A DNA stretch of 64,000 bases, from positions 38,502,001 to 38,566,000 of the forward strand of contig NC_088858.1 in assembly GCF_963853765.1 (NCBI RefSeq). The letters run 5' to 3'. Positions 23,984 to 37,203 of the stretch are shown one piece after another. This DNA is from Magallana gigas (lineage: Eukaryota). The position numbers were made by a program, and so were the translations under genes. The notes under the pieces are model-generated. The model searched no databases, was not told the origin of the DNA, and worked only from the letters and a program-made list of their open reading frames with translations. The first letter of the stretch is position 1, and every line of letters starts with the position of its first letter.

Positions 23984-26900
23984 GATTTACAACACTTTCT
24001 CGGGTGCAAATACTTGTTTGAGCATCACTAAATCAAAAAGTTAAAACCAATGTAAAGTAGCAGGAACTCCTAGCCGCTCAATATGTGTCAGTCATCAGGA
24101 AACGGGACAATAAAACTTAGTCAATTGACTGACTCTTGTGCACTTCTGTTCAATAGTCTGATGGTTATATGATGTGTATGATGTTTGTTTAGATTTCGAG
24201 GGCAATGATCATATTCTGGACGTATATTGACAAACTGTAACTAAGTAAGAAACCTAGAGTCCTCTATCCAGAGTCGTTACTTTCGGGGGCTATCTTTATT
24301 GCTCTATTAAACGACGCTTTTGAGTTCCATCGATCCTGTCATTAAGGTATTGGGTTTTATTCACCAGAAATCCTATGTTTCGACGGAAACTGCTCATAAG
24401 TCGGAATTTTAATTTCCTGTCAACGAAAAACGACTTCTTTTAGCAGGGGGCCTTCAGATAATATCGTAAGAATTGATCGGCAATTAATTTGTACAGTTCT
24501 ATTTTTTTTCCCCTTCCTTCTTTCAAAATGCTTGCTTATGACTGAAATCTTGCTCTAAAGGTCAGACTTCAGTATGTTACTTTAAACATACGAAGGAAAG
24601 TCCAACTACACCCCCCCCCGTATATGCAATATGCATGAAATGAAAACCAAAAGCCGATAATTTGTAAGGTGCGTTTTTGTCTGAAAGAGATAAAAAAAGC
24701 CAATATAATTCATAAGGGTTATAAAATTTCACGACAATGTGATGACTCGGTGATTTGATAGTGGTTCAAAAACAGATGATGTGAATCAATGGCTGCAGAT
24801 AAAAGTCTTTGTATGTTTTACATAAATTACATGCTTCTGGTTTCACGTAGGTGGTCAAACACTGTGTCCTTGGAAACAAATAGAGCGTCATCTAAAGTGC
24901 AGATTTAAACTTGTCAATGAAAAATAACATCAATGAAGTCTCACTATTGCATTGAAAATAGGATATGGGAATAGTTTACACCAATAAAAGTTTTTCTCAA
25001 GCACGAAAAGCTAGGGATAAACTTTAATATTCCTGTCTTTTTTGGTGCGTTGCCTTTTTTAAAATCCTTTTTTTTTTTAAATAAAGCAGCGAAACAATAA
25101 CCTGCTATGGTAAGATGACTGAATTGTTGGCTCGTATGTAGATTTTATATTCTTAATTTTGACATGAAATACCAGAATATTAAAGCATCAGGAATTAAAT
25201 AGCATATCAATCGTATCCCTTTGTTTCTCAAAATTGTAAACCAAACTTTAACAATATACTGTAACTTGAATTGCATTCAGTTTATAAGAGATTAAAGAGC
25301 AAGCCAAGTTGAAAGTTGATAGAAAAAAATGTAAATGCTGAGATTCTCTTTAATATTTCCAGTGATTTTGTTCTTCGTTTTTTTCTTCATCAGTTTTGAA
25401 AGTTTCACTGAGCTTGTAACATTACATATACCGGTAATTGAAGTCATTTGTGTGATTCGTCTAAAAATGAGAACAGTTGAACAGCATACATGTATATCAA
25501 TTTCGTAAAAAAGTTGTCATTGACTAATGATGATTGAGATTATTCATAATGACAAACTTTAAACAGACAAAATGTTTTAAAATCGAGAAGGATTTTACGG
25601 TAATCTAATGGCAGAGTTTGAGAATAAAGAGCAAATAATGGGGCAGACAAAACCGGCGTATCGCGTATGAATCTGTGTACTGTATAAATTCATATATTTT
25701 ATTCATTTTCAGGATCATTTCATTCCCTGTATAGAAACCAAATTTTATTCAGATTGTAATGAAAGCCAACTAAATATAACAAGTCTAGCCGGTTTTAATT
25801 AGTGAAAGCTCTCATTGTTTTGTTTTCTGATTGTTGTAAATGGTAGATTTACCAAATCTCTAACGAAAAACTATAGAAATTAAAGTCTTTTCTGGGGATT
25901 GTTTAAAACTTGTATGTAAAAAAAAAATTAGTGACTGATATACATGATACACTGCATAACTGCCCACTCACACATTCTAGATTACGTCAATTCCTTAATT
26001 TGCAAGTTGGCAGACAGGTGAAAAGTGTAACAATGTCCACGTATTCATTGTCATACACCAGTCAATTATGTTATTAAATTATATTTTACATTTTACAAAA
26101 TAATTGATCTATGATCACTGATCAGTTTGATATTTTTCCGTTTCGACGATATTCCGGTCCTGTAATTTAGTTAAGGAATATGTTTCGAAGTTACTTCCCT
26201 TTGGGTTGTAAACAGTGCGATGAATGCAAGTGGATTTAACGCGATCTCCAAACTGTTCTCTGAGTACGTCGTCACAAGACAATGTATGAAATGTGCATCC
26301 AGGAGATATTCTTCGTTTAGTGTTGGAGACAAAGCGGCGTTGTCAAAAACTTTTACAAAAGACGATGTAGAAACTTTTGCAAAAATCAGCAAAAATCAGC
26401 ATGGACAACAACCCTTTGCACACCGATCCCGACTTTGCAAAAACAACGATATTTGGGAAATGTATTGTTCACGGCGTGCTTATCAATGGGTATGAATATC
26501 AATTATCTTAACTAAAATATAAATAAAACATATTTTGATTGGTGTATTTATTCAATGTTTTTGTGGATGTATATATCAAAAGTTTATTAAGAGAATATAA
26601 GAGTAATTTTCTATATTAATTTTTATATCCATAATCCATGCTAAAATTTCATTATTATCCATATAAAGAACCATGTAATTAAGATTTTTCGCTTGCAACG
26701 ATATACACTTAAGGATATAATTAATTTTGATTAATTTACTTGATGTCTGTATGTCTATGATAGAACAATAATTGATTTGAAATGTCATTACGGTAAGTTG
26801 CCTGACATGAGTTTCGTCGTCCTCAGACTAATCTCAGCTGTATGTTCCACAAAACTTCCGGGACCCGGTGCTGTTTACATTTCTCAAGAAATGAAATTCC

Positions 26901-27010
26901 TCGCTCCAGGTATGCAACGATTTTATAATTGTCTTTTTCGGGAACAATTATCTTTCGATGGATACAAGTAGGATTCATATAAAATCAACGTTTACTTACA
27001 CTATAAAATG

Positions 27011-27145
27011 CTTTCTTTGGTGATTCATGCGGGATATGAAGGTGGCGACATTGCAGAAAAAATACTTAACCCGCGTTAGCGTGGTATGTATATTTTTTCT
27101 GCAATGATCGCTACCTTCATAAGCAGCATGAATCATCAAAGAAAG
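27011..27145. repeat. About 135-bp imperfect palindrome in HTD2 intron 2
   Basis: Arm ctttctttggtgattcatgc..tatgaaggtggcgacattgcagaaaaaata and its reverse complement surround the centre taacccgcgttagcgtggta. Confidence 0.8.
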
Positions 27146-28117
27146 TTGCATCTTTCTTTTAACACATTCTTAAATTGATTGTAAAAGTAAGTAAAATTAA
27201 CTAAATTACTGTTAATGTACATCAGCACGTTGGCTAAAAGAAACAGCCAAATCGTCTAGAGTCTGACATCATCATGATTATTTCGTGCAGTCCGGGATTT
27301 TTCTTAGGTCGCTGTAGGTTTACACTAATCGCTAAATTAAAACGTGGCGTGTAGATTTCAGCCCTGTCAGTTTCTACACAGTTATGAATTACAGAAAGTG
27401 TCCGTAAGAAATAGAGGGAATTATACTAAGAAGTTGTAAATATTGTTATTTAATGTACCATCACCCTGAAATCTACGACCTCTTTGAATTGTATTATAAA
27501 TTAATCAATACAAATGACTATGTAACATTAATTTTCTCAAAGTACAAAAAGCCAAAATGAATTTATATATAGTTTAGACTGATCTTTAAAAAAATTCTAC
27601 CTTAGATTTAATTTGCATAACGAAAACGGAGATGAACGCAGTGAAATATAAGCATTGAACATATATTAGTTAACTTGCGTTGGATTTTACTGGTACTATG
27701 CTCGAAATTTCACATCCATGCAAATTTTGTATTTTACATGTATGTTCAGGTAAAGTGTTGTGGTGGAAACACAGGAAGCGTTTATGCAGGACCGTAGATT
27801 TGTCTCTAACATTGCATTTTTGTTAATTTTTAACTCAGCGTTCGTAGACGAATCAATCACAGCGGAAGTAGAGGTATTGGAGATCCGGAAGTCCATCATG
27901 AAGTGTTCTACCACTGCCATCCGGACCGGAAATAAAGAAGTACGAATCTAAAACTTTAAATTAAATAATGGGAAAATTTGGATTGACAGACAGAAGAGCA
28001 TGCAAAACATCAACGGAAACCAATTCTCTGTTCAATTAAGCAATAATAGAACAATAGTAAATAGGCTCGAAAAACTCTTGTTGTACATGTAGATATATTT
28101 CAGACTAGCTATGTTAA

Positions 28118-28599
28118 AGGGGCATGATCACGATTTTGGTCAAATTCTGTTTTGCTGTTCTTATTATTTACAATGTTTTAGGAATGCATTTCTAATGATT
28201 AATTGAAATTTGAGAGTCAGTCGTAGAGTTATAAGCAAGATATAGGGTCCACAGTTCTTAGGGCATGTAGACAAGGCTCGTGCTTTGATTTTGTTTACAT
28301 AGGTTCAATATATGAGTAAAAATTCTGTTTCAAGCTGATTTGTCTCTATTCTTATTCATTTTAAGCACAAGGAAACATTAACACATTCATTTTAGGTCTA
28401 AAACTGGAATTTTCACTTTCACATTCAAAATGTAAACAAAAGCTTTGTTTACATAGCAAAGAATTGCAAGCTCTGTAACTCGCTTATAATTCAACAAATG
28501 ACACTCAAATTTTGGTTGCCTATTTAATATGCCTCACTAAAGCATTGTAAACATTAAAATCGGAAAAACAATTTTGACCAAAATCGTGACCATGCCCCT
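28118..28599. mobile_element. Kolobok-like MITE in HTD2 intron 3
   Basis: ttaa|aggggcatgatcacgattttggtcaaa ... tttgaccaaaatcgtgaccatgcccct|ttaa: 27-bp TIRs with 1 mismatch, purine-purine termini and an exact TTAA TSD. Confidence 0.88.
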
Positions 28600-29297
28600 T
28601 TAAGGAAATAAGAAAAATAAATTCGAAAGAGAAAAAAATGGCCCAAAATAGATATTTTAAAAGAGCATTTTGACCACTGCAAATAAATAGAGATTTTGTA
28701 TGCAGAGAGCTGTGCAGTAGCTCTATCATTTTTAAATCAACACTTCCGTAGACCAACATGTACGTTCCTCGTCAGCTTCTAGAGATTTTGATAATGCTAC
28801 ATTTTTTTTCAGGTCTTGGTGAAGGGCGAAGCCAAATTATTAATACCCAAAGTAACCTAAAGAAGCAGAAAAATCACAGATGATTTGAGAAATGCATTAA
28901 TGTGATGGTATTCAAAGTTGTTTTTAAAAACCTGTTTTTTTGTTCGTTGCACTTTCAAACACTGTAAGGTGTGAATATAGTTTTCAATGAATTACTGTTT
29001 GAAGACTTTAACACCTATGACTTGGATTTTATAAACCAAGTACGAAACAAAGACACAAACATTTTGTCGTTTTATTATTTACATACCATGAAAATAAAAC
29101 GTGTTTTATATATACAAAATAAAATATCCAAATACCCGTATGAGCGAACAACTGTGTCTCTAACAACACAAAGTTTACTTTCAAACTGTAAACAAATCGT
29201 ATAAAAAAGGGACTCATAACACCGGAAATGGAATTTTCCTACTTCCCGTTAAAACAATATATATTCTCCTTTCATAAAAAAGTAGCACTTTTTGACG

Positions 29298-32200
29298 TCA
29301 GTAATTTTCGCTGTCGATTCTCTGCTGCAGAATGACGTTATCGTCCGGATTAGTAGAACAATTTTGTCCGTTATCTGGAGGTAGAATTTGATTGTATCTG
29401 AAAAACAGGAGGTAGAATTTGATTGTATCTGAAAAAACACGTGGAGATAATTAAAGGATATCTTTATCAAGAACTTAATTGATAATCATAGAAACGTTGA
29501 CATGTATTTGCATACTAATTCTCATTGCTTCGTTGTAATTTCACCTTCTCTAGATATGAGTTGGAAGAAATACGTTAATTGCAATGTAAAGAATGCATGT
29601 AGATATACAGGTAAATACAATGAGTAAGTGACATTGTTATACGTGATACGAGAACATTCTTCTCCCCTGGAAATAACACACACAAAAAAACCATGAATAT
29701 TAAAGATTTGTAACGAATTTGTGATCAGTCTGTAGACGCTACCTATAACAAAACCTCACAAAACTATTTATATTTATATAACTATTTATAAAACCAACTT
29801 TATAATAATCCTAATACATTTACCTTGACCAATCGCCCTTGCAAATGATCCACGGATTTATGTCTAGTTTGTGATGCAGTTCGGGAGACATTTCAGGGCT
29901 AATGAGATTAGGGGTTCCAGCCCCTTTTCCCCTTGTAATCAATTTGAATTCGTTGTCATAGCAACACATCTGCGAGGCTAGCGTTTGAACGCCTTTGTAC
30001 AGTTTTGACCGGATGCAAAATTTGGCGCTGGGTTTGTATGCATAAAGACCCTCGGACTTCAAATCAACTTCCAACCAATTAAAGTGTTGTTTTGTCTGTG
30101 GGTCCCAGACTTTGGGGTTATAGTTCAAATGTAATGGATACAAGCATGGACAACTTGGTAGGGCGGCACGCTTCAAATATGAGGCTATCGTATCTTTATT
30201 GCAAGACATCCATCTTTTACAGACATCTTTTTCTGGAAAACAAAACAATTTCGTAAAAAAAAAGTTTTCTTTAAACAGAAACAAAATAAACTCTGCCATT
30301 AATACCGCATTGTTTGTTTTTACAGTGCCAATCTCACCAGGATTGATGAAATCCTTCGGTCTTAGCGTCGAGTCGGGAATGATATTTTGGTATTCCCAAG
30401 AAAACTTTTTCTTTTTTCTAATGCCATCATCTGCAACAAAAGATTACATATCTTGCACCGAACGCCAGCGTAAAATTCCGGAGTAAATAAGTTCCATTAT
30501 TCTAAATTTCATGGTGTCTCTCAAATACAATGGAATATTACACGTACCATAACAAGGTTTACCATAGCAGGCCTGTGTCTCCATCTCGCGGCAAGCTGAA
30601 CCGCAGTCACGTGACCTCTCCTGTTGCCCCATTCCACAAGTAACTGAACATGGATTCCAAGGTGACCATTCGTTTGAGCTAGCTACTGGGGAAAATCAAG
30701 ATTTTCTTCTCAATATAAAGGACATTGTCTAAACAGCATGGTTAACGGAAACTAAGATGGCGTGGGCTTTTTTAAAATTTGTTTTAAGACTATGATCAAT
30801 TGTGGAGAGCGTATAACCAATATTGTCCAATTAAAAATGAGTCCCGAACACTCTAGTGCCGAATATCGACTGTTCTAATATGAACATTGTTTTCAACCAA
30901 TTTCTAGAATTAACATTTTCTGCATTCTATACGTACCGGTATATTAGAATTAATTTACAGTATGGAAATAACAAGTAGTATTAGAGTACTATGTGAATAA
31001 ACTAGAAAAAGTAATCTACTACATTACAAAAAGAAAAAATGAATATTTCTATCAAATTTGTTTATTTTGTATAAAATAATTCTTGATTAGAATTCCCTAA
31101 AAGCTTTTTAAAAAAATAAATCTCTGTACCCCTGCCACCAGATAATATAAACCTGCTCACCATCGATCTGTAGTTTGACAGACGATTCTGTGCTAGACAC
31201 TTGTGATGACTTGGTTGGGAATTTGGTACCAAGTATTTCGGCCTCGAGTTGGTTATAATTGTAGGACCCGGATGTTTTCGTCAAGGCTTCTTGTGCCACC
31301 ATTTCTATGATCTGACGAATCGTTATTGGTTTTAATTTATGTAAAATCCGCCCCTTTCTTCTCTTCAGCGATTTGTTCTTCCTCCTCTGTTTATTCTTCT
31401 TCCTTAAGCGCCTCTTGCTTGAATTCTTCTTCTTCTTTAGCCGTCTGCGTCTCGCTGCCTTCCATTTCTTGGAATGTTTTGGCGGGAATGATGACGACTT
31501 GGAGTCATTGTTAAAGTCAAAGAAACCTTGAATGACTTTGTCTGCAATACTTTTATCTACCTACAATTCAACATATGGAATTCAAAACTATGCTATGAGC
31601 ATTAATACATATTTACCTAAAGTTTAGAATGGAAATGTTAGGACGACTAGTTCAAAACAATATAAACTGAACATTTACGTTCCTCGATGATAACTTAATC
31701 AACCACACAACATCCACCCCTACCCCCACCAAAATCATAGCATCAAAATACAACTATAGTTGTAAATTGATTAGATTACCTAAATTAACCAAGCACGTAC
31801 TAATACATGTAGCATGTTCCAAAATGCACCTTAAACTCAAATCACTCGATGGACAATAAGTAGACCTTTCCAGTAATACTGAGTTTCTTTAATTTTATTT
31901 ATATGCAACTCTCTTGATGTACATTAAATCAGACAAGGTCACTTAATCCATATCAACTTATTTGATATTTGTATTCGATGATCACGATGCAAAGGAATTT
32001 TGACTTGAGTCCAATCGTTTGCATGGTATTCCAAAACAGAGAGAATGACTGATTTAACCTCTGTATTTCTTATGGATATTCCATGTTCATCTCAAAACTT
32101 TGAGGTTTCCCATACACTTATAGGTAATACTTTGTCTATTGTAGAATTTTAAAGCTAAACAAAACAAAAAACAATACAATCGAATGTCGAATTTGAAAAA

Positions 32201-35200
32201 TCCTTTGATATTACGTAGACTCTCGTCTAAAGAACTCGAGAACACAAAATTCCAGGAATTATGGCTTTGTAAAGACCGAGTGCTCTAAGAAATACCAGTA
32301 AATGTTTTTAGAGAGGATTTGATTCTTTAACTACATCTGCGAGCAACAAGTTGTTGTTGCTGCTGATGTATGAGAGAATCTGAGGTCAAGCATAGTTAGA
32401 ATTGAGATTTGATGTTTATCGAAAGCAATTGCTGTTCCACATCAATCAAACAGGCTTTTCAGGTTCAAGGGAGGGTTCCTTTTGATTTTACAATAGTGTG
32501 AAAATTAACCTACGCCACAGTGTGAAAACTAAGGGTCAGGTTAATTAAGCCATCCACCTGAAATAGATGTTTTGGCCACGTCATATCCGTTCCCTGAAAG
32601 AGACTTTTTTTTTCTACGATTGTGTTTTTTATTTATTTATTTTTTTTTTGGGGGGGGGTGAAAATTTTGCAACTGATAGAAAATATGATGTTTAAAAAAT
32701 ATATATCATTAATAAGATATCAAACTATTGATCGGGAAAATGTTTTCTTGGATCACGTTATACCTGTTCCGTAAATAAAACTCTTGGTTTATTTCAAGAT
32801 TCTTTTCCCGTGCTTTTTTTGGCAGAAAGTTACCCCTTTGATACAACGGTATGGTGTTTAGAATTTTTCGATACAAACAAACTCAATTGATTTATGTAAT
32901 TAGTTCAACCTTTTGGCAAATGGGTGGAAGTTCTAATTGCAACAAATGAACTTCCAAAAATACGTCGGATGTATAGCCTTCTCCGCGTGGCGTCAGTGAA
33001 GTGAAAAACGCACACCTGGGATTTTTTTTTACTAGAAAATTGTTTTTGTATAGCGCATTGAGCTACTTCAAAAGAGGAAAGCGTTTAAAATCTATATCAT
33101 TTCGATCTATCATCGAAGAATGCGGTTATTTTATTGTTTTGTTCCCGATTCTAAATGTAAAAACCTTCGTAAAAACTGCAGCAAGCTTCAAAAATCCAAT
33201 AAACAAAGGATTGTTTTTCAGCTTTTACAAATGAGTTGAGTTGTTATCTCTAATGACAACCCGTGGATCTTCCCAAGTTTTTTTTCTTTGAAGTCAGACA
33301 GTTTCTTTGACTTTATTGTTTAAAAATATTCGCTAAAGCTACATATAATATTTCAAGGTAGCTAAATTAAAGATTCTTCTTATTCCATTCTATTTTCAAT
33401 ACATTTTTTCGTGGAAAGAGGGGGAGGGATAACAGAAATATCTTTAGCCCCGTTTTCTAGAAGCTTAGATTATATATATACATGTATATATATATCGGTG
33501 TAGTTCACCAAATATTTTCTGTTCTACGTTTTATTTGAACAAGCTGTTTTATTTTCAAGTTTTCATAAAGAAGATGGGGAATAAGATGGCGTAAATGCCC
33601 ATTCGGTTTAGTGGTAATTTTTGAATTCATTAAATCTATTCAAATATATTATAGTCCAAGTTTGCAAAAGCACAATTTCTAACTATATTCAGTTTCTAAT
33701 ATATTCAACAAAAGATAAGGGGAAAAATATTGCCAGAAATTTTTGCGGTATCGAACCCATAACATAAAAACCCTAGATATTAAAGGTTACTTTATGTCGG
33801 GTACTCTAACCACTGAGCCATTTCAGACATAACAAAGTACTAGTAGGCTGTTTAAATATTATGTGTGACTTAATTAGACCACGAGTTTACGGACTTGTAT
33901 TATTTTTTTCAAAACGTTCAATTGTTTGAATACAAAATGATATTTTTAATGTATATTGGGTCATCTCTCCACGTTTTTGTTGATCGAAATCGGTTTGTTT
34001 TCCAATAGACCTTATTTAGACTATGAGAAAAATATGGAGCAAAGACCCACTTTATGAAAGAAAATGTCTTGAAGTTCTAAAAAATGACAGTATTTGCAGG
34101 TTTTGATACGTATACGCCTGTTTGAGTCAACATATTCCAAGTATTGAACATGTTTATAGGTTAAAAATCAATGATATGTTAAATGTATATTGTTTTAAGG
34201 GATTTTTTTTTTAAATATATCGGATTTATTGATATTTTAATTTTTCAGTAGCTTGTCCGACCGTGTATTGGCATTTTACACGCCTTATCCACCCATCTTC
34301 TTTGTTCGTGAAATTACGTACAGTATGGAAGGAAAAAATTGATGCGCTGCATTAGACTCCCATTTCAAAATCAAAAACCGTTGTTAATGCTTGTGTTTGC
34401 GACATTGATTAATGAACTTGTTTAGATTTTGATTGTATTGTCTAACTTAATTTGTTAACTATTGAGGTTTCAGCATTATCGGTGGAGATCAAAATTGATA
34501 TGAAATCAATTATTTTTATTTGATTATATTAATGTGTATGTGATGAAAAGCATAAATAGAATTATAGGAAAACATCATTCTGGTGCCATTCCATCTTTAC
34601 GTGTCAAGATTGCGTTGATCCACAAATGGTAAATCTTATTAAATTGTATTTTCTCTTCAAAACAATTAATACAAACATGTTTTTTTCAATCATAGGTCCA
34701 CATAAAACACAATTAGAACTACTTTAACAAGACCTTGGACTTTCGGTTTGACGTAGCTATCTATATATTGCGTCAAAACAAGTTGAAAATGACGCGGTTT
34801 CAAGCGAAATATGCACAGATTGCGTAGTCTTAGCTCAAAAGCCAGACAAATCTTGTTGATTTCAAAGAGCAATGGCTGAGTGGCCAGCAATGAAATAGAC
34901 AGGCTACGTCACATTCATTTGCTGTTTGACACATCTACCCAAAGTCCAAGCTCTTGTTAAAATGGTTCTAAGTAAAAACTTAAGAAGTAAACTTGTCGAC
35001 CCGGATGCGAGAAGCAATGAAACTGTCACACTCCGACTCGCCCAGTATTTTGACATAGAGTTTGTCTAATTATTTGCCAAATTAAAGTTTTCGTGTTAAA
35101 TCTTTAGATTGTATGTTGATAACCTCCTTTGGAGAGTCTAAGGGCGCGTGTAGTGGCGTTGCCATGCCCACCCCCGGTCTCCCCAACCAAGCGTATTGAT

Positions 35201-36062
35201 AAACACAGATTATTTTAATGTGATAAGGGCATCTGTCAGGTCATCTTGGTGTTTGGGTGTCAAAAATTCATTAAATCGTCGTATTTTCTTAAATCTTGCA
35301 AGCTCACTGAAAAGCCCTTTCGAAATTGATTTCAACAAGTACAAATTATCTTTCCTAGAAAAAAATATCATATAATATCGCTTCAATCGCTCGTTGTCAA
35401 TAAAATATTTATAAAGGACACTCGCCGTACTTTGTTTATTCTTTTAAACTTGGATGTTTCAAATTTTATCATTCAGCAATAAAAAGGTGAACACGTTATC
35501 TAAATGGCCCTAATTATGAAGTCGGAAATAGTAAAACACCCATCAATGACTCAAGTTCTCTTGCTTTAAGAGATATGAAGTTCTTTGGGGTCTTACGGTT
35601 CTTTTTGTTTATAACTTACAAGGGAAATTTTCGCTTTTAGATACTTTTCAATCAAATGAAGGGTGGTGGAGATTTAATCACAATTTTATGATTTTAGGAA
35701 TCATAATTGATTTCACTACAATATAGAATTTTGTAAGTAGACATGAAAATCTTGTTAATACTCACAATTAAGCTGTCTGTTTGATTCAGCAATGATGTAT
35801 TATCATTCTGGAGTATTGTTGATGATGAAGCTGCACTTGGCGGATCAAACAGACCAAAAGTGGCGGGAATCGTCCACGAGAGATAACAGACCAACACAAT
35901 CAAAAACACCATATTCACTTTCTCCATGATCAGTAGGAACCTGTTTTTGTTCTTGTCACTCCTTGGATTTTCCGTGTGAAGATTTTCACTGACGTCTGGG
36001 TGATCATTCTCAGAGCGCCTGGGTAGGCCAACTACGCCAGACGTTACATCCAAGGATCCCAT
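29298..36062 (-). CDS. ISM1: Isthmin-like secreted protein (signal peptide, polybasic insert, TSP1, AMOP)
   Basis: Exons on the minus strand: 36062 (or 35927)-35766, 31560-31161, 30685-30548, 30430-30338, 30232-29824, 29397-29298, with consistent phases. TSP1: WSPWNPCSVTCGMGQQERSRDCG. AMOP: LPSCPC.YP...YKPSAKFCIRS...[48 protein letters not shown]...PP.NGQNC. ISM1 versus ISM2 cannot be resolved. Confidence 0.88.
33570..34300. mobile_element. About 730-bp Kolobok-like element, copy 2, in ISM intron 1
   Basis: Termini gaagatggggaataag...cttatccacccatcttc. Colinear with 16644-17374. Confidence 0.75.
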
Positions 36063-36639
36063 TGGGGCTAATTACTGACCGCTTAGCAACGTGACCTCTC
36101 CCCCATACAGAATAGAGCTTTGTACCTGTTCCTTCATTAGCTCAGCAGGTGCTTCAACTCAAAAAACGTATTACATATGTAATTGGAGTTTTCCTTCTTC
36201 AAAAAGAATGAGTAGGTTATATCATCGAGGTAAATAGGTGATTCACAAGGTATCCGAAAGACAGCGGGTCATTTTTGTGAGAGCTCTTCCTTTCTGGGTC
36301 GGGTCCAAGAAACAGATTGGGCAGAGGAATTTTTTTTATTTTAACTATATCCCGCCTCTGTTGATGAAACAATGCTTCCTGTGAGATGCCGCTTCACAGA
36401 TAAGTGTTGAAATATTTACGAGCGAAGATGAATGGCGAACAGCAACAATTCGTTATCACGGGGAAACTGACCATTGAAGAAAAAAAAGGTGGGCGTGAAA
36501 CTTCGGAACTTTTTCTGCATGATCGCTGAAACATGGCAACTCCGAAGGGAATTCTGTATCTGTCAAGTTAGGCTTCGCGCTTGAGTCAAAGAGGAAAAAG
36601 CTTTGACCAACCCGCGCTCGCGCGATTACAATCAACAGA

Positions 36640-36646
36640 TTTTATA
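36640..36646 (-). promoter_or_regulatory. TATA box candidate upstream of the isthmin-like gene
   Basis: TATAAAA on the minus strand next to a CpG-rich patch (36590-36630), about 580 bp upstream of the first ATG. Confidence 0.3.
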
Positions 36647-37137
36647 CGGCTTCTCCTAACCAAACACAATCGTGTAGTTTTTCAACGTTTTTATGGTTAC
36701 AAATGAAATGATACCAAAAAATCATAAAACTGGCATATGTAATTGCTGAGTCGTCGAATTACACGTTTTACACGCGGGGATTCCTGACGATAGCAGCATT
36801 GTGCCCGTTTCCTGGGTTTGCGCTAGGGATATTGCCTTAATCAAAATGACAATAAATGTAGTGATCTATTGCGATTCCCGTAGAGAAGAGGCAGAGAAAG
36901 ACTTGAAGTTAATCAGATGTTTTGAATTTTGACAAACAACAGAAAAGCAGTCAAAATCACAAAACAACCCAAAAATGTGGTCACTCCAGTGTGAACCAAC
37001 AAAATTCATAAATGATATATCTCGTGGCTATTTTATATGCATAACATGTGATATGTTTGACGCTTTGTGATAATTTTGTTTTATAATACATTAAAAGGCT
37101 ATACAATTCATTTTGAATTTTATAATTAATTTGAATT

Positions 37138-37200
<63 letters not shown>
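37138..37200. repeat. (CT)n microsatellite
   Basis: Pure run. Confidence 0.97.

Positions 37201-37203
<3 letters not shown>

Larger units (their letters stand above)
26220..28860 (+). pseudogene. HTD2: Hydroxyacyl-thioester dehydratase type 2 (MaoC/hotdog fold), frameshifted in this sequence
   Basis: Exons 26220-26489, 26827-26909, 27839-27939, 28813-28860. Removing one copy of aaaaatcagc (26381-26400) gives [86 protein letters not shown]...VLVKGEAKL, the MaoC hydratase motif. The N-terminus resembles a mitochondrial presequence. Could be a null allele or an assembly artefact. Confidence 0.82.

Noticed and set aside
24000-26219. RPP14 upstream of HTD2, as in the vertebrate bicistronic transcript
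   Set aside because: No RPP14-like coding exons could be found on the plus strand here. HTD2 appears to be a stand-alone intron-containing gene.
27940-27951. HTD2 ending at the ORF-track stop (VRI*)
   Set aside because: gtacga at 27940 works as a donor, and exon 28813-28860 supplies the expected VLVKGEAKL terminal strand.
32200-32560. Possible extra isthmin exon or decayed coding fragment on the minus strand
   Set aside because: There is an acceptor-like site at about 32559, but all three frames contain stops and exons 1 and 2 already join in phase. The remnant could not be assigned.
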